DNA of 64,000 nucleotides, taken from positions 20,214,001-20,278,000 of the forward strand of contig NW_024704742.1 of NCBI RefSeq assembly GCF_018977255.1, read 5' to 3'. A program made the translations under genes and the position numbers. The DNA comes from Callorhinchus milii (Eukaryota). Of the stretch, positions 1 through 12,685 are shown piece by piece (position 1 is the first letter of the stretch; the number at the start of each line of letters is the position of its first letter). The notes beneath the pieces are model-generated. The model saw nothing but the letters and a program-made list of their open reading frames with translations. It was not told where the DNA came from and ran no database searches.

Positions 1-634
1 GAGTGATCAAATTATTATTCAACAAAATGTTTTTGAAAAATAAGCATAATAATAATAAATGAAAAAATATATTTTCCACATAACCATACCACTGAGAGCA
101 AGGACAATAGGTAAAGAAAAGGTAGACACTATTCATTTCCAGCAAGCAAATGAATTACACAAGTTCAATCATCAGCAAAACTTCACAGTATTAAAATGAT
201 TACAAATATATGTTGTTAATGCTGGAAAAGCTGAGCAATAGTATTTATCCCCTGTAATGCATTATACTTATATTAATTAAATTTTATATAGCAACTTATC
301 ACGTCTTCAGGACATCTCAAAGCGCTTCACAGAATATACTGTGAAGTGAATTGACTGTATGTTTTATGGGTGAAACGCGGCAGCCAATTGCGAACCGATT
401 GCAAGAATTCAACTGCGATGTGATCCTTGGCTGGAGCCTAGTTCCTGCAGCTCAACATCGTATAAGTTTCCCTGAAGTCAGTTCATTTTATGTTCTGAGA
501 TTTTTTTCTGGCATTGAGATGCTATTGCTGCTGGCATTTATCTGGCAAGAGCTTTTTCCAACTCCAGATAATCATCCTTTTTTACTATGTTATTGATTTA
601 GGTTCCATCTGCCTTGTCATTCGGGTTTTGTTTT

Positions 635-920
635 GGTCAGGTGAATGTCTGACATGCGGAAACCCATCACCATGTTTAAGAGTACCCAAACCAAGCTGAG
701 AATTCCATGCATCCCACCTACACATAGAAATTCCAGAGGTAGATTATTGGAATGGAATGCGCACTCTCTCCCCGGAGGGACACATCCTGCTTACCTAATT
801 CCAGAGAGTATTAGGCGCAGGTTGGTAAGAGCCAAGGCTTGGGGACCCCAGAGTGTGTGTTAGGGCTTTGGCTTGCAGGGTTAACAGGAGCTGAGTGGGA
901 TGACTCCCTACCCCCAGTGA
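635..920. repeat. Unclassified interspersed repeat, copy 1
   Basis: Shares blocks with 20882-21245, 36384-36525 and 46959-47221 (for example gggctttggcttgcagggtt.acaggagctgagtgggatgactccct). Confidence 0.85.
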
Positions 921-1684
921 CTTGTCTGCCCTTCTAGATCCTGTTGATGAACTAGGCGTTGCTTTCATCAACAATGGCTGGAGTTGTAGAGTTTGCTGTG
1001 GTTGCGAATTATTTTCAGTTCCTTTTTTTTAATATAATTCTGCTTCTGAGGTAACTGGGCACAGGCAACACTCAGCATGGAAACACTCATATTTTATTCT
1101 CTCTTATTTTTTATTATCCATGCAAACTCTTGGACGTAAACCAAGAGCAATTCTGTGAAGGTCAGTACACTGACAAACATTAGCGGCGTGAATTTATAAT
1201 TAGATTTGCAGGGGATCATATCAGCATTTATTTTACCCAGAGCTGAGGCTGAGGGCAGATCAGATCAGATGATTTCCATAGTGTGAATGATACCACTTTA
1301 TGGAAACTGTAACTCGCTCCTGGAACATTGATTAACTTTTTGCAGAAGCATTAAGAGCACTTTAAATATCTTCTTAGAAAGAACAATTTGTTTCACTGAT
1401 GTCATATACAACAACAACAACTTGCAGTTATATAGCGAGGGGTAGCATCCTGGAGCACTTGACAGTGGCAGAGTCTGACCCCCTACCCCCATATAACCAC
1501 CCTGGTGTGTGTATTGGGGGAGGTGGTGTCACACAAACCCACAAATCCAGATTTATTGCATTAAATGTACCTGGTTGGGCTGGATCCCGAATCCTTGTAC
1601 TCCCTCCCCTATTCCATTCTCAGGGTTAACGGCTAAACATTCCATTCAGCATAATGCGTAGCACCTATTCACCTATAATGAACT

Positions 1685-2117
1685 CCACAGAGTATCGAAT
1701 TCAAGATCCTCATCCTCACCTACAAGGTAGGTCTTGCTCCCTCCTACCTCTCCGACCTACTATCCCCCTAAGTACCTGCCCGTACCCTCCGTCTACTCCA
1801 CATCCCCCGCCCTAACCGCCTTACCATCGGTGGCCGGGGCTTCAGCCTCTCAGCCCCTAGGCTCTGGAACTCTATCCCCCAGTGCCTTCACCTTGCCTCC
1901 TCCCTTTCCTCCTTCAAGGCCGGTCTCAAGACCTTTCTCTTCGACCGTCCCTTCAGCTCCCCTCTCAACTCTCTACCCCCTTCTCACTCCCTCCCTTCCC
2001 TCCCCTCACCCTGACCATTTTCCCCCTGCTCGGGTCCCGACCCAACTGTCCAGCGCCTTGGGACGTCCTCCCAACGTGAAAGGCGCTCTATAAATGAAAT
2101 CTTGTTGTTGTTGTTGT
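1685..2117 (+). mobile_element. L2 3' fragment (young family)
   Basis: Highly similar to 33390-33830; same tail stem-loop and (TTG)n. Confidence 0.92.
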
Positions 2118-4616
2118 ATTAGTCATAAACAACCATTTGTCAATGTATGTAATGCAGAATGGAACCCATAAATCTGTGAGATTGGTATCCTGCTAATCAG
2201 CAGACATCACCATTGAGAGAGCTCAACGAGCAGGATGCCGCTTGCTTTATCAGGGAACGTTCAATAATAATAATAATAATCCTTGCATTTGACGTAGTGC
2301 TTTATCACATTGTTGAGACATCTCAAAGAACTTCAAAGAATATACTGTAAAGTGAATTGTCTGTGTATTTTGTGGGTGATAAACATTGACCTCATGACTG
2401 AATACTAAATCACAAGAGATTTAAATAGGCACAAATTGCAGGATGCTTATGATGTAGGTTAGAACAATCTTCCTTGCAATTCATTTCTGGTATCCTGTCA
2501 CTGATTCTTTAGACCCCTAACTTTCTCGGTCCAATTATACATCACACATGCTCATTGTATTGCTATTCAATGAGAGTGGGACAAGTTTAATAAAGAGTTA
2601 CACTTAATAAAATCAAGAACTTTTATAAAATAATGTGGGTTTCCAGTTGAACAATTTCATACCGAATTTCATGTTGATTGCAAATTTATATAAAAAGTGG
2701 ATCTAATCCTGTGAGACAACCTACATAGAACAGATGGTAAGTTATCACTGTCATTTAGATTATTCTGTCTTGCATTACACAGTGTGGGTTGCAAACCATT
2801 GTGTGTTTTTCTATCAAGAACAGTATCTAATTGCTGTACCTGCAACGGATTTCAGAAGACAATAAACATCAATACATCACAAGATCACAAGCTTAGTTCA
2901 CATGAACACGGTCCCTTCAGTCTATTTGATCTCATCGTTCCAGAAAGCCCACCCTCCGATCTTAACTCTACCAACTTCAGTTATTTTTAAGAGAGATGCA
3001 CTTTTTCAATTACTTTGTAAAAGTGAAATTAATCTTTGCACGTCAAACTGGGGTACTTTTGAAATGACAAACATAATTGCCCTGTAAAGTTTTGCACAAT
3101 CTGAAGTATCATTGGAATCAATTTACCTTAGAAATCTGAAATGGTATTATGAACACCATTGCTAATGTACCTTCTCGACTATGCAATGCTGGTTGAGTGC
3201 CTCTTCAATGGCCTTTAATAAGGGCTTAACAAAGCAAATTGCTGCTTTAGCAGGGTTGACATTAATGTTCTTCCACCGTTTTGCAGGGTGAGCAATGCTG
3301 AGGCAAGCTGCAAGTCTTTCATTAGATGAATTTACCAACATTCTCACACTGTTTATCCACAAAACTACACAATCGCATCAGCCTATATGTGCAATGCAGT
3401 GCAGCATGTTATTATTCTGAGCTTTAAACAGATCAATAAACCTTTATGGACTAGATGCATCTTTGTCATTCACTGAAACAGAAAGAGCAATTTATCTTGA
3501 TATAGTACTTGCATATGCACTAAAATTTGCCAATCAGTTCAAATTGTTTTGACAGCAATAACTTCACTGAGTGCATTGAAAGACATTATATTGAAAAAGA
3601 TAAATTCTTAACACCAAATAGTTGAAAAACAGTCAAAGCAAAACTATTGTGATTATTCAATACACAGTTAATTGGTATGATGGGGTTATTCTCTGACCTT
3701 GATACCATTTCCCAATTTTAAAATAATAATCCTTGCATTTGCTTTAGTACCTTATCATGTTATCGTGACATGTCGAATGATCATGCAAATGGGGATTCCT
3801 TCTGTGAAATGGACGTAACTATTAAAATTTACCAGCTCTTCTTTCCTTTACTTATACTTAGAATATGTGCGAAAGAGTTATACACTTAAAAAAAGCATAA
3901 ATCTTGTTCTTCTATCTCCAAGCCTAACTAATTATCTTTCATAGTCAAGTGTCCCTGATACATACCTTTTCAGAGATGCTGAATCAATAGAATGTGGCTG
4001 TTCCTTCAATATTTCTCACATAAACCTTGAAATTATACAGGGAGGATGAAATTTATGGTACTTCAACAACAGGATTTTTTATTGAGGAATCCCATTGGAA
4101 TTCCTGTCAACCTGTGTGAACTCCACTCTGGATAGAGATTGCATTGGAGCAGCGTTCCTGCTGTTGGGAGCAGGAGATTTCCAGTTTGTGGTTTCCGGTT
4201 TCAAATCCCATTGAGAAATAAAGCAAAATAGACCTCACTATTTTTAATCTAAAATTCCACTATAATGGGTGATATCAAAGTAATGATAAACTCTGAGATG
4301 TGGGTAAATCACCATCATGTTTGAAAAAAATTGCTAGCAAAGTGAAACAACAACAAGAACTGCATTTAGATTGTGCCTTTCACAAACAATAATGTTTCGG
4401 AGCACTTTACAACAGCTGTGAGTTGGGGTGTGAGGAGGAGGAAGGAGGTGAACATTGGCATGGGTGGTGTGGTAGGTTTTAAAGAGGGATGGGGGGGAGG
4501 GGGTGGTGGAGAGATGGAAGAATGGAATTCCAGAGGTAGAAATTGGAAAGCTTGGCCACTGATGGTGGTGTGGTTAGGGCGAGGGACCCGAGGCAACCAT
4601 GAGTTATTGCGTAGGA

Positions 4617-4747
4617 CAGTCGTGGCCAACCTGTGACCCGTGGGCATTTGCAAGAGTCTAGGTAAGTCGGTGTTTATGGCATAAATCCAAAATATTCTAT
4701 CAAGAAAAGTTATTTTGTTGGCCGACCATAAAGGTTGTCCACCACTG
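4617..4747. mobile_element. hAT (Charlie/Buster-like) MITE
   Basis: TIRs cagtcgtggccaacct / aggttgtccaccactg (14/16); flanks gcgtagga / gtataggt look like a decayed 8-bp TSD with central TA. Confidence 0.75.
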
Positions 4748-5964
4748 GTATAGGTAGTCCATTAGGGGGATCGAGATTTTATGCCATCATTCCTTAGGCA
4801 CAGTCCTACTCCAATAAACACTGGAGATAAGTCACCACATGTTAATAAATACTCCCATCCATGTACTATTCTCTGTTGCTACACTTGGTGGCCTGCTCTT
4901 ATTGTAGGACTTCCATAGAACCATATTTGATCTTCTTATGCCTATTGACATAGATAGTATGACACGCCAACCCTATGAAAAGAGGACTATATAAATGCAA
5001 GTTGATGTTGTTATTGAATACATCTCAGTTACTACTTTAGGAAGGGGATCGTTTAATTAATGTTGTACCCAATAGAGTGCTGTAAGTGAGCAATGACATT
5101 ACACTTTAAAAAAGGAATAGGAGATTAATTTTTTTTCGGAATTTCCGCCCATCCCTCCCCCTCTCCTCAATGCTGATCTTTTTTATTCTTCCTTGCACCT
5201 GTTCATTTAGTCTTTATTAGTTTCTTTTTAATATAATAATGTTTTCTTTCAGCAATAGCCAATGAGGTATAAATGGCAATGTCAGAATCAATAAAAACAG
5301 ACTTTAATCATGGCTAGTAGCTTATCGTTATTTATCGCTTATTCAGCCTTATGTTGCACGCTGTTCACTTTTGGGTGGCTGAATGCTACAGAATGCAAAG
5401 AGAATATCCATAATTCATACTGCATTTGCTAAATATCACACAGATGCACCAACAATGATGAAGGCTCCACGATTGAATGATACAGTACTGATTTACACTC
5501 AGTAAATACAGTCAGCATGCCTCTTTTTCTTTGGAGTATATTAACATCAAGTTTCTGAATGTGGTCATCCTAAAGAAAATTGTGAAGCAAGATAATACAT
5601 GTTTCCTGCTTTAGTCAGGCAGGCACAAAATAACACAATTAGAAGTCATCTAAAACTCCTAGCAAGGTGGCATAAATTTTAACTCTTTTCAGAGCTGAAA
5701 TCAATCTTGGTGACCATGTTACCTGTCACTCTTGTAATTCTAAGCATGGACGGCTTGACATTCCTCTGACTGCTAATTTTAGCATCATGTCGCTGGGCAT
5801 AAGCAGCACCTGTTGGGAGGTATTGCTAATGAACAATTCCATGTTTTGCCCTTCTAACTTCTGTAGATGGTTGCCTACAAAATACAGTCACTACACTTTA
5901 CAGTAGTTCCTGTGGAGCACTTTGAAATGTCTTGATCATGTGATATTAAGCCATGATACATTAA

Positions 5965-6651
5965 GCCCTGCTTTCTGCCTTCCCCCACCTCTGCAACATT
6001 TCCCGCCTCCCCTACTTCCTCTCCCATTAGGTTGCCTGCCAAGATCCTTATCCACACCTTTATAACATCCAGGCTTGAGTATGCTGATTCCTTGCTTGCT
6101 GGTCTTCCCAACTATTCCCTCCACAAGCTGCAGATTATTCAAGTACTCCCGCACTGAACTCCGTGAGCCAAATATCACATACTCTTATTATTATTTATAC
6201 GTCCAGCTTCACTGGGTCCTCATTCCCCAGAAGATTGAGTTTAAAATCCTTGTCCTCACCTTTAAAGCCCTCCACAGCCTTGCTCCACCCTACCTCTGTG
6301 ACCTCCTAAAACCTTACCAACCTGTCCACTCCCTCTGTTCGGTGCACACTTGCCTGCTCCATGTCCCCTGCCTTGCCCTCTCCACTATTGGAGGTCGGGC
6401 CTTTAGCCTTCCTGAATCCATCTTCTGGAACTCATCCTGGAGCCCCTCCGCCTTGCCCCCTCCTTTATCTCCTTCAAGGCCCATCTCAAGATCTTCCTCT
6501 CTGATCAGGCCTTTGGTCATCTTTCCACCACCGCCCAATTTGCCCTCCACCCCACTTTGCCTCAGCTTGGGTGCAAACCGTTGACTGTCCAGTGCCTTTG
6601 GGCATCCACGCAATGTGAAAGGTGCTATATAAATGGAATTTGTTGTTGTTG
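5965..6651 (+). mobile_element. L2 3' fragment
   Basis: LHWVLIPQKIEFKILVLTFKALHSLAPPYL...GGRAFS ORF2 C-terminus; L2 tail plus (TTG)n. Confidence 0.9.
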
Positions 6652-7959
6652 TAAACCGAGGTCCCTCCTGTTTGTTCAGGTCGATGTTAAAGATTCCATA
6701 GCACTATTCCAAATGAAGAGGGAGTATCCTAGCCAAAAATCCTCCAGATAAAATTAATCATTTATTTCATGGCTGTTTATGGAACATTGTTGTGTGCAAA
6801 CTGACTGCAGCGTTTGCTTAAAAATACATAGTCACTACTCTTTATAGCATATCCTGTGAAGCACTTTGAGATGTCCTCCTGATGTGAAAGGAGCAATATT
6901 AAAAGCAATGATTACATATATCAAATGCAAGGCGTATATTTAATATTTTGTGTCATTATTCCTGCTTCATCAGAAATCACCTTAATGGAAATTAAAGGGA
7001 AAAGCTGATTTATTCAGCTCAACAACATGTAGGAAGAACTTTTGCTGCTTAGGAGAAGCATGGAAAAGTCGATAAATAACACCAAGTCTGATCTGGCATT
7101 AGTGAGCTGAGCAAATGGATTGCTTCATTAATCAATTTCTTTCAGGACACATAAAATTCATTCCTTGCACAGCGAAACAGCAGAATCACTAAAACTGGAG
7201 TATTTACTGCAGGCAGTTCGATGGTACAATGAACAATTTGTTTCTTTCAATCCTTCACAGAAACCACTGAAACTACAACCGTTAACTTCCATGGCTCCAC
7301 TCTTAATCTTCTTCATCTATCAATATTCTTGGCCTCACTATCACTTCTGATCTCAATAATCTTACATCTCCTTTGTTGGTGAACCAATCTATAAAATTCC
7401 AGTCTGCTTTTTGGGGCTAAATACATCATTATTCCCCTCAAAAACTTTTACCTTCCTCCTAAAGTTTAACCGTTCTCCTGATATTTCTTCTTATCTGAGG
7501 GGCTCTTTTAGTACCTCTCCCATATTACACAACAGTAATTCACCCACAAAAAACACTGTACAGTACTTTCTTTAAGACGTCCTCTCAACATAAAATGTGC
7601 CACACCAAATTATGAATAATAATAATTATAATAATAAAGCATTCAAACAAATCTATTCACCTGATTGATGATCCTTTTCTCACCTCTGGCCTCCACTTTT
7701 GTTTGATTATGTGTTTCTTGTCTTTCAATATTGATAACACGTCAGTTTGCTTATTGTTCCTCCACCATCCATCCCTTGTTATTTCCAAACTCCAAATATT
7801 CTGACCTGCATAATTTTGTTGCATATTCAAGCAAAATTCATCATATGTTTTCCAACACTACCTCATAATTTGCTGGCCCCCTCAAGGTTTGGAAACCCAT
7901 TACCTGCCTGAATCTTTTCTTCCATCTGCCTCTGAGTGAGTTTAAAATCCCAAACCAAG

Positions 7960-8140
7960 CCACTACTTGATTAAAAAAACAACTGGATAAATACTTGAAG
8001 AAAAATAACATTAAAACATACGGCAAAGAGCAGTGGAATAAGATTAGAGTAAATAGATAGACTCAGTGATGGAGCTTGGACTAAGCACATTTGGCCCAAA
8101 TAGCCTCCTTCTGTGCTGTAAACATTTTATAATTCTATTT
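7960..8140 (+). mobile_element. CR1 3' end remnant
   Basis: aaacaactggataaatacttgaag...ggcccaaatagcctccttctgtgctgtaaacattttataattctat. Confidence 0.7.
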
Positions 8141-9313
8141 TGCTACTTCTCTATTACTTTTAATCTATGAGGTGTCCATCACCAGTTTCTTTTACACATT
8201 GTTCTGTCAGCCTGGTCTCAGGTGGTAGCAATGTGCTTCTCAGTCAGAAGGACATGGGTTTAAGTCTCACGTTGGGACTTTTTCCCCCAAATAAAAGTAG
8301 GACATTGCTGTGTGCAAATTGGCTGCTGCGTTCGCCTACAAAATGCACAGTCACTAAACTTTATTCTAAAGTAAAATCCTGAGAAGCACTTTGAGGTGTT
8401 CTCCTGATGTGAAAGGTGCAATATTAAATATAATGATTATTTATTTATTAATTGGAGCTTGCAAGCTTCACATAGATACCTATATTTTGCAACAAAGTGC
8501 ACATTCTTGCAGTGGTAGAAAAAATATTTCCTAATACTTAGACCTCTGTGGGATCCTCAGTAAAGCTTGAATTAATAGTTTACTTTCACAGACCACCTAT
8601 AGATAAGGATTTATTTTTTTCAAAGGTTATCTTACGTTCAAAGTTTTGAAACGTTAATACCATAGAGATTCAAAGAACCAGATAAACTTTTTAGTTAATC
8701 TTAAACTGCTCAACAACAATAACAATAACAACTCGGATTTATATAGCGCCCTCCACGCCGAATGGCATCTCAGAGCGCTTCAGGTGTGCTTTCAGATGCC
8801 TCTCTCCCCAATGCAGCTTTGTTGATAAGAAGGGGTCTTCATCCGTTCCTTGTTAATATCAAGTTGTTTCCTCTGTGTTAGTATATATTTCTGCTTTTTA
8901 TTTGCTAGCGAATGGAATTCAGGCCATCTGAACTTTGAGCTCACAGAATAGGCCAGTAGTTTGCAGATAATAATTTTGGTAGCCTCAGTGTGCAGCCACC
9001 AACACTTAATGATGGTCATAGTGCTGTTATTTCCTAAAAATACTTAGGAAATATAGGCATAAGCACATGGTTTTCATTAATTTCTGTACATTTGCCAAAC
9101 CACATCTGAGAAAACACTTTTTTGCAGAAATCCTTGCACATACAGGAACAAGAATGGCACAATAAATAAAAACCATTTGAGATATGCATGAAAATTATTA
9201 TTATTAGGGACCAGGATTGTCAGTAGAGTTGTAATCGACTTAACGGTTAAGAGCGATTACATGAACAAACTTGCGGCTCCATGTTTGTTCTATCCCTGGG
9301 GCTGCTGTGTGGC

Positions 9314-9509
9314 CAGTGTTCCCAATTTAGTGATTTTGTCACTAGGTCTAGTGACTTTTTAGGTCTGTTGGATATTTTTTAAGCTTTGCTGCGACAAGTC
9401 GCAATACTGAAATGTTTAATGAAATCTGCCGATCTTCTGTCGACAGTTTGTAATCTGTGTCACTCCCCAACACCCCCCACCCCCCTTCGCGAGTCAGTTG
9501 GCACAGGGA

Positions 9510-9554
<45 letters not shown>

Positions 9555-9862
9555 TGATACCAACTGCCACTCAGTGTAAGTCGCCAGATGGACCTTGAAA
9601 AGTCAGTAGATGAAGCAAAAAATTGTTAAGCTCCAGAGGGGCTGCATTATCACAGTGTGTGTGGGGGGAGGGAGAGTGTGTGGAGTGTGCGTGAGCACCG
9701 TGCCTGCTGGACCTTATAGTTGGAGCACTCATTGACAGCGTTATTGCTGTGGAATGGGTGGGAAGACTGCAGCTCCCAGGGAGCGCCGTGAGGGCGGGTG
9801 GGCAGCCATTCGGGCATGCATGTGCCTTGTGGGTGCTCAAAATCACACGGGTGGCCACATTT
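9314..9862. mobile_element. Probable non-autonomous DNA transposon (hAT-like) containing a (GA)n tract
   Basis: Left end cagtgttcccaatttagtgattttgtcactaggtctagtgacttttt resembles CAGTGTTGCCAA-type MITE ends; the right end (gtggccacattt) is degenerate; GC-richer than the flanks. Confidence 0.45.
9516..9550. repeat. (GA)n microsatellite
   Basis: Uninterrupted GA run. Confidence 0.95.
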
Positions 9863-9892
9863 GAAAGCGCTGCCCTACACGCCCTAATTTAT

Positions 9893-10180
9893 TGCTGCAT
9901 TGTCAGAGTTGCCATCCTTTGGATGAGACATTAAACTGAGGTCCTGTCTGCCTGTTCAGATGGATATTAAAGATCCCATGGCACTGTGTGGAAAGAGAAG
10001 GGTGTTTCCCCCGGTGTTCTGGCCAACAATCCCCCAAATAAAATCAGTTGCTTACTTCATGGCTATTTGTAGCAGATTGCTGTTTAGAAATAAGCTGACA
10101 CATTTGCCTACAAATACACAGGCACTTCACATTTTACAGAAAACTCCTGTGAAGTTATATCAGATGCAGGGATTATTTTT
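9893..10180 (+). mobile_element. Deu-domain SINE fragment (further fragments ~6652-6920 +, 8203-8450 +, 18015-18225 -, 18375-18585 +, 46255-46560 +, 47853-47960 -, 60705-60875 +, 63610-63845 +)
   Basis: gccatcctttggatgagacattaaactgaggtcctgtctgcctgttcagatggatattaaagatcccatggcact..ccccggtgttctggccaac matches the recalled Deu core. Confidence 0.85.
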
Positions 10181-11154
10181 TATCAATACAAAATGTTTTG
10201 ATGTTGTTGAGAATGTTGACAGCTGCTTCTCCGCTATGTTTTATTTTCAAAACCTACGCAAATCCATGTTAGTAAAAACAATACAAAAGTTACAAAGGTT
10301 TTGTCAACATACCCAGATTTCATATTTGATGGAGCATTAAAAATTACTACAAATCCAGTGGGGAAAAACCCCCTGCTATAACTGTGGTCAGAGTAAAAGA
10401 AACTGTGAAACAGGATAAATGTTTCACATGGCAGTCACTCAAGCATAAAACAGCACAATTGCTGTCATCTATATTCCCAAACTAAATAACATTCATTTTC
10501 ACAAATGTGTCTTCATGCCTAGACTTAATCACAGCCACTATTCAATATTCTAGCTGCTATAGGTTTGTATCTTTGATTGTTCCCTCTGCTAAATGACAGA
10601 CATCAATGCCATGTGGATCTATTTCTGGCCAAAGCGACTGTGGTAAACAGTGTTCAGACATCTAAATCTGGCATTTAAACCTAGGTACTTCCTTTCAATT
10701 TAATAAAATGTTATCAAATATTATCAACTAACTTTGATTACGGCTTCTCTTTTATCATGACTGACTGTTCCAGATGGAGCGCACAATTGCCAATCTTTAT
10801 CCTTGCTATCCTTTTCTCTCAGTCCTGAGTTTCATCTTTTGACTTTAATATTTGAAACAATAATAATAGTTGTATTTGAAATAGGGTATTTTACGTTGGA
10901 AGAATGCCTGAAACCACTTCACAGGATTTATTGTGAAGCGATTTGCAAAAGTGATAACCAACTTATGCACAGTGATGTCCAACAAAAAGCCGTGAAGCAA
11001 ATGATCAAAGTTATATGAGGAATTGTTGGCCAGGATACTGGGAGGAACCACCCTCTCTTTTCAATGTTTTGATTGGTGTCATGGGAACTTTCAAGTCCAC
11101 CTAAACAGGCAGACGGGACTTTGGTTTAATGTCTCATCTGAAGGATGGCACTTA

Positions 11155-11808
11155 TAATAATAATAATAATCCTTGCATTTGATATAGCGCTTTTCACATC
11201 TTCTAGCGCTTCACAGAATATACTGTAAAGTGAATTGACTGTATATTTGTGGGCGAACGCGGCAGCCAATTGCGCACAGCAATGTCCCGCAAACAGTCAT
11301 GGATTGAAAATGACCAATTTATTATTTTGTTTTTTTGGAGGGATTATTATTAGGTGTGTGGAGTAAGGAAACTTACTCTACACACCTAATAAGGAGTCCT
11401 GCAGCTCAGTGGTTAGAGCACTCGCTTTGCAAGTGAGAGACCTGAGTTCAATTCCAGGCAGAGGGCGAAACCTTGGGCAAGTTTCCTTACTCCACACAGA
11501 GCCTAAAATTAATTCCTCCAAAACCAAAAACAATAATAAATTGGTCATTTTCAATCTACGACTGTTTGTGGGACATTGCTGTGCGCAATTGGCTGCCGCG
11601 TTCGCCCACAAATATACAGTCGATTCACTTTACAGTGTGTTCTGTGAAGCGCTTTGGGACGTCCTCCCGACGTGAAAAGCGCTATATCAAATGCAAGGAT
11701 TATTATTATCATTATTATTACTTGCCCAAGGTTTCGCCCTGCCTGGAATTGAACTCAGGTCTCTCACTTGCAAAGCGAGTGCTCTAACCACTGAGCCACA
11801 GGACTCCA
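11155..11808 (-). mobile_element. tRNA-derived SINE with L2 tail (outer copy, split by a second copy)
   Basis: (TAA)n tail at 11155, body to 11374, head at 11721-11808 (reverse complement tggagtcctgtggctcagtggttagagc..gagttcaattcc). Resembles the recalled elephant-shark SINE2-1-type consensus. Confidence 0.92.
11393..11720 (+). mobile_element. tRNA-derived SINE with L2 tail (inner copy)
   Basis: A-box gctcagtggttagagc, anticodon-like arm ctcgc-ttTGCaa-gtgag (Ala-like), B-box-like gagttcaattcc, tail gggacgtcctcccgacgtgaaaagcgct plus (ATT)n. Confidence 0.93.
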
Positions 11809-12685
11809 CTTCTAACAATGCGGCACACACAGCATTGCATTGAGTGTTATCGACTATATGAATTCAAACAACTATCGGATTCACAAGCGAATGTGCTACC
11901 AATTGAGCCAGCTGACACTTCCTTAAATTAAGTGTCTGCCATTCCAATGTTTAATATAGTGGTTGGGAAACATCCAAACAAATGTTTTGACCAACTAAAT
12001 ATCAGAGAAGTGTTTGCCTAAAAAAATACACAATCATTGGACTTCATAGTAGATCCTGTGAAGTACTTTGAGACACTCTCTCGATGTGAAAGGCATTATA
12101 TCAAATTATATCAAATGATGATTAATATTGATATTATAGCCTGGTTCATTTAGGGATGCTCAGTCTCACAGCACACAAGTTGCAAATTATATTGATTATG
12201 CTTCCCGACCTGTAAATGAGATCCTACCCTTTCAGAAAAGATGATTGTAGTTCCTTCTTAAGGTATTTCTTTAATGAAAAGTTTGGGACTGACCTCCCCC
12301 TTCCCCTCCATCTCACCTGTTTATCTGAATTTAGATTTCTCCTACTGAGGTTTTACATTTCAAATGGTGTCCATTCTTATTTATTGAACACAGAGGCCGG
12401 GAAATTAATTTCCAGTAATTTAACTTTTGAGATACATTATATGATGACGTCTGGGGAAGAAGTACTAAATCTACTGTCCCATGGGTGGGATTATAGGTCT
12501 TTGCATATTTTGCTCGCTTTGATTTGTTTTTATGCGATTAGAAGATCGTGAAGGCTTTTAATCATGCCCCAGGGTACCGATTTAATGCTTCTTCACAGAT
12601 ACTGGCTTCAATTTAATTTTAAATGTAATAATAAATACTTAAAACGCCATTCCGTCCAGTGGGGTTAAAAGTCATGGAGTCTCCA

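Larger units (their letters stand above)
10900..11920 (-). mobile_element. Old Deu-domain SINE interrupted at ~11153/11809
   Basis: ttggccaggatactggg..gtcatggga..aaacaggcagacgggacttggtttaatgtctcatctgaaggatggcac | ctaacaatgcggcac..gtgctaccaattgagccagctgacac. Confidence 0.85.

Noticed and set aside
11393..11470. tRNA-Ala gene
   Set aside because: The tRNA-like part lacks a proper acceptor stem and runs straight into SINE body and L2 tail; it is a SINE head, as are those at 22283, 38193, 53788 and 60336.
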